Assembly: GCF_000709555.1 (NCBI RefSeq)
Contig: NZ_CP006873.1
Location: 120,001-152,000 of the forward strand
DNA length: 32,000 nt
Direction of reading: 5' to 3'
DNA from: Candidatus Saccharimonadota bacterium
Lineage (GTDB): Bacteria > Bacteroidota > Bacteroidia > Flavobacteriales > Blattabacteriaceae
Shown: one piece after another, positions 28,044-32,000 of the stretch
How the letters are laid out: each line of letters starts with the position of its first letter
Position numbering within the stretch: the first letter of the stretch is position 1
Made by a program: the position numbers and the translations under genes
The notes under the pieces: generated by a model
Seen by the model: only the letters and a program-made list of their open reading frames with translations
Databases searched by the model: none
Told to the model about the DNA's origin: nothing

Positions 28044-28266
28044 AATAATAAAGTATTGAAATAATTCCTAGGTGTTTTTCTATTTGTTTTGCTATTTTAT
28101 CAATAGACACTTCAGTACATTTGACCTCTAAGGTATAACGCATTATATATGGTTTTTTTGCATAAGAAATATTTAGATAAATAAGACTAAAATTACTCCG
28201 ATTCAATAAAATAATAACACGGTTAATCAACCTTTCAATATTACTGGCTAGAATTGAAATTTTCAT
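28042..28266 (-). CDS. ilvH: Acetolactate synthase small (regulatory) subunit, ACT domain only (74 aa)
   Basis: Its position is between ilvB and ilvC. The sequence ISILASNIERLINRVIILLNRSNFSLIYLNISYAKKPYIMRYTLEVKCTEVSIDKIAKQIEKHLGIISI aligns with the N-terminal ACT domain of IlvH ([31 protein letters not shown]...MTI...IEQIEKQLHKLVDVLRV). The C-terminal domain is absent. Confidence 0.72.
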   Translation of the reverse strand: MKISILASNIERLINRVIILLNRSNFSLIYLNISYAKKPYIMRYTLEVKCTEVSIDKIAKQIEKHLGIISILYY

Positions 28267-28269
28267 ATT

Positions 28270-29955
28270 TTAATACAAACGTATTTCATCTCCGTATGTT
28301 CCAATCGTTATCATGGGGAAAACATTATATTCTCTTTCTACGATTATTTCCAGTAGATAGGCTGTATTACAATCAAACATTTCTTTTACAGCTTCTGGTA
28401 TTTTTTTTCTTTTTTCTATTTTCTTACCACTAATATTATAAGCTTGAGCTAAACGGATAAAATCAGGATTGAGTAATGCGCTGAAAGCATAACGTCTTTT
28501 AAAAAAAAGCTCTTGCCATTGTCTCACCATACCTAAAAATCCGTTATTGAGTAACACAATTTTTATTGGAAGATTATTTTTAAGAAGAATTCCTAATTCT
28601 TGAAAGGTCATTTGAAAACCTCCATCTCCAATTACGCATATAATTTGACGATATCTCGCTCCGAATTTAGCTCCCATAGCTGCTGGCAAAGAAAAACCCA
28701 TTGTACCTAATCCTCCTGAGGTAATTTGGCTTTTACTAGAGGAAAAATAAAAATATCGTGAAGCTATCATCTGGTGTTGTCCTACATCGGTTACCATGAC
28801 AGCATTTTTATTTTTATATTGATTAATCCACTGTATTATTTCTCCCATAGTCAAGCTTTCTTTTTTGGTATACAAATCTTTTTGGCCAATTTTTTCCTCT
28901 TGCTTTTGTATAGTTATGAAATCCGATATCCATTCTTGACGAATATTTTCCTGAACTCTTTCAGTCAATAAAGGTAAAGTCTTTTTGCAATCTCCTAATA
29001 CAGGTACATCACATGGAATGTTTTTTCCAATTTCACAAGCTTCTATTTCCAAATGAATTATTTGAGCTTGGATAGCATATATGTTTATATTTCCAGTGAC
29101 TCTATCGTCAAAACGCATTCCTATTGCAATAAGAATATCACATTGATTAGTTAAGACATTGGGGGCATAATGACCATGCATACCAATCATTCCAACAAAA
29201 AGAGGATGATTATTATCTCTAATACCCAAAAGAGTACTTGCTATAGGTATATTTGCTTTTTCTGAGAGAGCTTTTAACTCTTCTTCTGCTTCAGCTAGAA
29301 TTACTCCCTGTCCGACTAAAATCAATGGTCTTTTTGCTGCATTAATTAAAATGGCAGCTTCTTCTATTTTATTTACCTCCACCTTGGGACAGGAACGAAA
29401 ATACGAGACTTTATGAAAAAGGATTTCTTCAAAAATAGCTTCTTGAAGCTGAGCATCTTTCGTGATATCTATCAGGACTGGACCAGGACGTCCACTACGA
29501 GCGATGAAAAATGATTTCCGGATTGTTTGACAAATATCCTGTGCTCTAGGAATTTGCACATTCCACTTAGTTACAGGGAATGAAATATCTAAAATATTGG
29601 TTTCCTGAAAAGCGTCTGTACCCAAAAGATTATATGACACTTGTCCAGTAATACAAATTATTGGAGTGCTATCTATAAGCGCATCAGCTAACCCGGTAAT
29701 TAGATTAGTAGCTCCTGGACCTGAGGTAGATATACAGACTCCAACCTTTCCACTAACCCTAGCATATCCCTGAGCAGCATGTATAGCTCCTTGTTCATGA
29801 CGCGTAAGTATATGACATATATGACCTGCATGTCGATCTAAAGAATCAGAAACAGACATAATAGCCCCTCCGGGATAACCAAAGAGATACTCTACACGTT
29901 CTATTAACAGATTTTTGACTAAAATCTCACTTCCTTTATATTTTTTTATATTCAT
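28270..29955 (-). CDS. ilvB: Acetolactate synthase large (catalytic) subunit
   Basis: The ORF-track frame is 28270..29982. The homologous start is MNIKKYKGSEILVKNLLIERVEYLFGYPGGAIM (Met10, ATG 29955-29953), which overlaps the ilvD TGA in an ATGA junction. The ThDP motif is GDGGFQMTFQELGILLKNNLPIKIVLLNNGFLGMVRQWQ. Confidence 0.93.
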   Translation of the reverse strand: MNIKKYKGSEILVKNLLIERVEYLFGYPGGAIMSVSDSLDRHAGHICHILTRHEQGAIHAAQGYARVSGKVGVCISTSGPGATNLITGLADALIDSTPIICITGQVSYNLLGTDAFQETNILDISFPVTKWNVQIPRAQDICQTIRKSFFIARSGRPGPVLIDITKDAQLQEAIFEEILFHKVSYFRSCPKVEVNKIEEAAILINAAKRPLILVGQGVILAEAEEELKALSEKANIPIASTLLGIRDNNHPLFVGMIGMHGHYAPNVLTNQCDILIAIGMRFDDRVTGNINIYAIQAQIIHLEIEACEIGKNIPCDVPVLGDCKKTLPLLTERVQENIRQEWISDFITIQKQEEKIGQKDLYTKKESLTMGEIIQWINQYKNKNAVMVTDVGQHQMIASRYFYFSSSKSQITSGGLGTMGFSLPAAMGAKFGARYRQIICVIGDGGFQMTFQELGILLKNNLPIKIVLLNNGFLGMVRQWQELFFKRRYAFSALLNPDFIRLAQAYNISGKKIEKRKKIPEAVKEMFDCNTAYLLEIIVEREYNVFPMITIGTYGDEIRLY

Positions 29956-31643
29956 GTTTCTATGAATTGGTCTGTAACGCACCCTTCGTTAGCGTAAGAA
30001 ACTGTTTTTGAATATTTATAGAGATATCCCATATTTACTTTCAAATTCGGAGCTCTCCATTTTTTTCTCCGTATATCCCATTCATTTTCATTGATTTCAA
30101 GGTTAATAGTATTATTAACTGCATTTATAGTAACAATATCTCCATCATTTATTAAGGCGATAGGACCACCTTCTTGGGCTTCAGGAGTGATATGACCTAC
30201 AACAAAACCGTGTGACCCTCCAGAAAATCTCCCATCTGTGATAAGAGCTACTTCTTTTCCCAAACCTGCTCCTGTTATATAAGCTGTAGGTTTTAGCATT
30301 TCAGGCATACCAGGGCCTCCTTTAGGACCTACATATCGAATAACTATGACTTCTCCTTTATTTATTTTACAAGATAAAATAGAACGATTGAAAGCATCCT
30401 CTGAATTAAACACTCTAGCACGTCCTGAAAATTTCATTTTTTCTTGTCCAGTAATCTTTGCCACAGATCCTCCAGGAGCAATATTTCCATAAAGAATGCG
30501 AAAATGTCCTTCTTTTTTAATGGGATGATTTATAGAAGAAATAACTTTCTGATCAAAAGACAGCGAGGGTACATATTTTAAATTTTCTTTTAAAGTGTCT
30601 CCAGTAACTGTCATACAGTCTCCTTCAATGAGGCCATTTTCCAACAAATATTTCATAATCACTGGAATTCCCCCAATAGCATGAATATCTTCCATTAAAA
30701 ATTTTCCACTCGGTTTTAGATTTCCAATGAGAGGAACACTATCGTTAATTTTTTTAAAATCTGGAAGTGTTAGGTCAATTTCTGCTGTTTTAGCAATTGC
30801 TAATAAATGCAGTATTAGATTAGTTGACCCGCCTAAAGCAGTAGTTAGACTTATCGCATTTTTTAAAGAGTTTTTGGTAATAATATTTTTAGGTTTAATA
30901 TCTTTCTGCAAAAGTTTTTGAATCACTCCCCCCATCTTAAAACACTCCCATTCTTTATCTGCACCGATAGCAGGTGTAGAAGAAGAATAAGGTAAGGTCA
31001 TTCCCATTGCTTCAAGAGCAGCTGCCATAGTATTAGCTGTATACATACCACCGCAAGCCCCAGCACCAGGACAAGAATTTTTTATAATATTTTTATATTC
31101 TTCTTCGGATATTTTTTTAGTTTTCCTTTTACCTAAAGCTTCAAAAGATGATACGACGTCTAGTTTTTCACCTTTATAATAACCTGAAGCAATACTACCA
31201 CCATATACGATAACTGAAGGACGATTAATTCTAATGAGAGCAATTAGAACACCAGGCATATTTTTATCGCAACCAGGGAGGGCTATTATACCATCATAAT
31301 GCTGAGAGTTTGCTACTGTTTCTATACTATCAGCAATAATTTCTCGAGAAGGTAAAGAATATCTCATCCCTGGAGTTCCCATAGATATACCATCACTTAC
31401 GCCTATAGTGTTAAATCGGAAACCGACTAACTCTTTTTCGTGAACAGATTTTTTGATACTCCTTCCTAATCTATTCAAATGCATATTGCAAGGATTTCCC
31501 TCGTACCAGTTGCTAACAATCCCAACCTGCGCTTTTTTAAAATATTCTTCTGGAAGTCCTGTAGCATACAGCATCGCCTTAGCTGCTGGAAGATTTGGAT
31601 TTTGCGTGAGTTGTGCACTCAAATAGTTAATCTTTTTATTCAT
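29952..31643 (-). CDS. ilvD: Dihydroxy-acid dehydratase
   Basis: 563-aa ORF. Motifs are CNMHL, the GCDKNMPG Fe-S cluster region, GACGGMYTANTMA, ITDGRFSGGSHGFVVGHITPEA and PGMPEML. Confidence 0.96.
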   Translation of the reverse strand: MNKKINYLSAQLTQNPNLPAAKAMLYATGLPEEYFKKAQVGIVSNWYEGNPCNMHLNRLGRSIKKSVHEKELVGFRFNTIGVSDGISMGTPGMRYSLPSREIIADSIETVANSQHYDGIIALPGCDKNMPGVLIALIRINRPSVIVYGGSIASGYYKGEKLDVVSSFEALGKRKTKKISEEEYKNIIKNSCPGAGACGGMYTANTMAAALEAMGMTLPYSSSTPAIGADKEWECFKMGGVIQKLLQKDIKPKNIITKNSLKNAISLTTALGGSTNLILHLLAIAKTAEIDLTLPDFKKINDSVPLIGNLKPSGKFLMEDIHAIGGIPVIMKYLLENGLIEGDCMTVTGDTLKENLKYVPSLSFDQKVISSINHPIKKEGHFRILYGNIAPGGSVAKITGQEKMKFSGRARVFNSEDAFNRSILSCKINKGEVIVIRYVGPKGGPGMPEMLKPTAYITGAGLGKEVALITDGRFSGGSHGFVVGHITPEAQEGGPIALINDGDIVTINAVNNTINLEINENEWDIRRKKWRAPNLKVNMGYLYKYSKTVSYANEGCVTDQFIET

Positions 31644-31779
31644 GATTTACAAAGTAGATTATGGATTCCCTATCCAGAGAGAACACCATATGGGATTCAG
31701 CAGAAAGTAGGCTCGATATGATTTTATATATTTATTTAGGAATGAGTCCCATTATTAAGTCGACTAAAAAAAATCGCCT

Positions 31780-32000
31780 ATGTATTTATCAGAACAAGAA
31801 ATTATACGGAGAAAGAAATTGAAAAAAATAAGTGAATTAGGGATAGAAAACTATCCAGCAGCTACTTATAATACAAGTGCTTCTATAAAAGAACTTATAG
31901 AAAAGTATGAAAAAAATAAAAACGCTAGTGTAGCAGGACGTATTATGCGGATGCGGATCATGGGAAAATCGTCTTTCGTTGAATTAAAAGACTATAGCGG
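31780..32000 (+). CDS. lysS: Lysyl-tRNA synthetase (class II), N-terminal 73 codons; continues beyond window end
   Basis: Hand-translated from the ATG at 31780: MYLSEQEIIRRKKLKKISELGIENYPAATYNTSASIKELIEKYEKNKNASVAGRIMRMRIMGKSSFVELKDYSG. This is the typical LysRS N-terminus followed by the start of the OB-fold (AGRIM..RIMGK.SF..L.D). Confidence 0.9.
   Translation, partial: MYLSEQEIIRRKKLKKISELGIENYPAATYNTSASIKELIEKYEKNKNASVAGRIMRMRIMGKSSFVELKDYS

Noticed and set aside
31644-31779. Possible transcription-attenuation leader upstream of ilvD (minus strand). Candidates are the tiny uORFs MGLIPK and MVFSLDRESIIYFVNHE, the latter overlapping the ilvD start.
   Set aside because: There is no run of consecutive Ile/Val/Leu codons and no convincing alternative terminator/antiterminator hairpins (the best stem is only about 4 bp). 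The evidence is insufficient.

Overview
This AT-rich window (roughly 30% GC by eye) is densely packed with housekeeping and amino-acid biosynthesis genes. It reads like the reduced genome of a Flavobacteriales/Bacteroidota insect nutritional endosymbiont (Blattabacterium / Walczuchella / Uzinura-like). That assignment is an inference from a Bacteroidota-type omega subunit, the DUF2795-secA arrangement, the ilvD-ilvB-ilvH-ilvC order and the AT bias, and I cannot name the species. I call 24 protein genes: clpB (partial), prfB, secA, a DUF2795 gene, metE, fmt, dnaN, pheT, obg, dapA, rpoZ, lipB, rplS, lon, lysA, a UvrD/PcrA-family helicase, ilvC, ilvH, ilvB, ilvD and lysS (partial), plus low-confidence small ORFs. 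There are also 5 tRNAs: Met-CAT, Arg-ACG, Ser-TGA, Val-GAC and Val-TAC. All intact genes read through with the standard code 11, and RF2 is present, so UGA is presumably a stop. The most notable content is gene erosion rather than a new system. lpdA (15046-16065) and the essential hisS (17741-18828) are both multiply frameshifted, stop-riddled, deletion-shortened pseudogenes lying among intact genes. PheT has lost its OB-fold tRNA-binding domain, and IlvH is cut down to a 74-aa ACT domain. A 520-bp non-coding stretch upstream of lon carries a perfect 6 x 14-bp tandem repeat. I found no mobile elements, CRISPR arrays, rRNA, toxin/defence loci or clearly novel multi-gene system. Findings are scored modestly for that reason.
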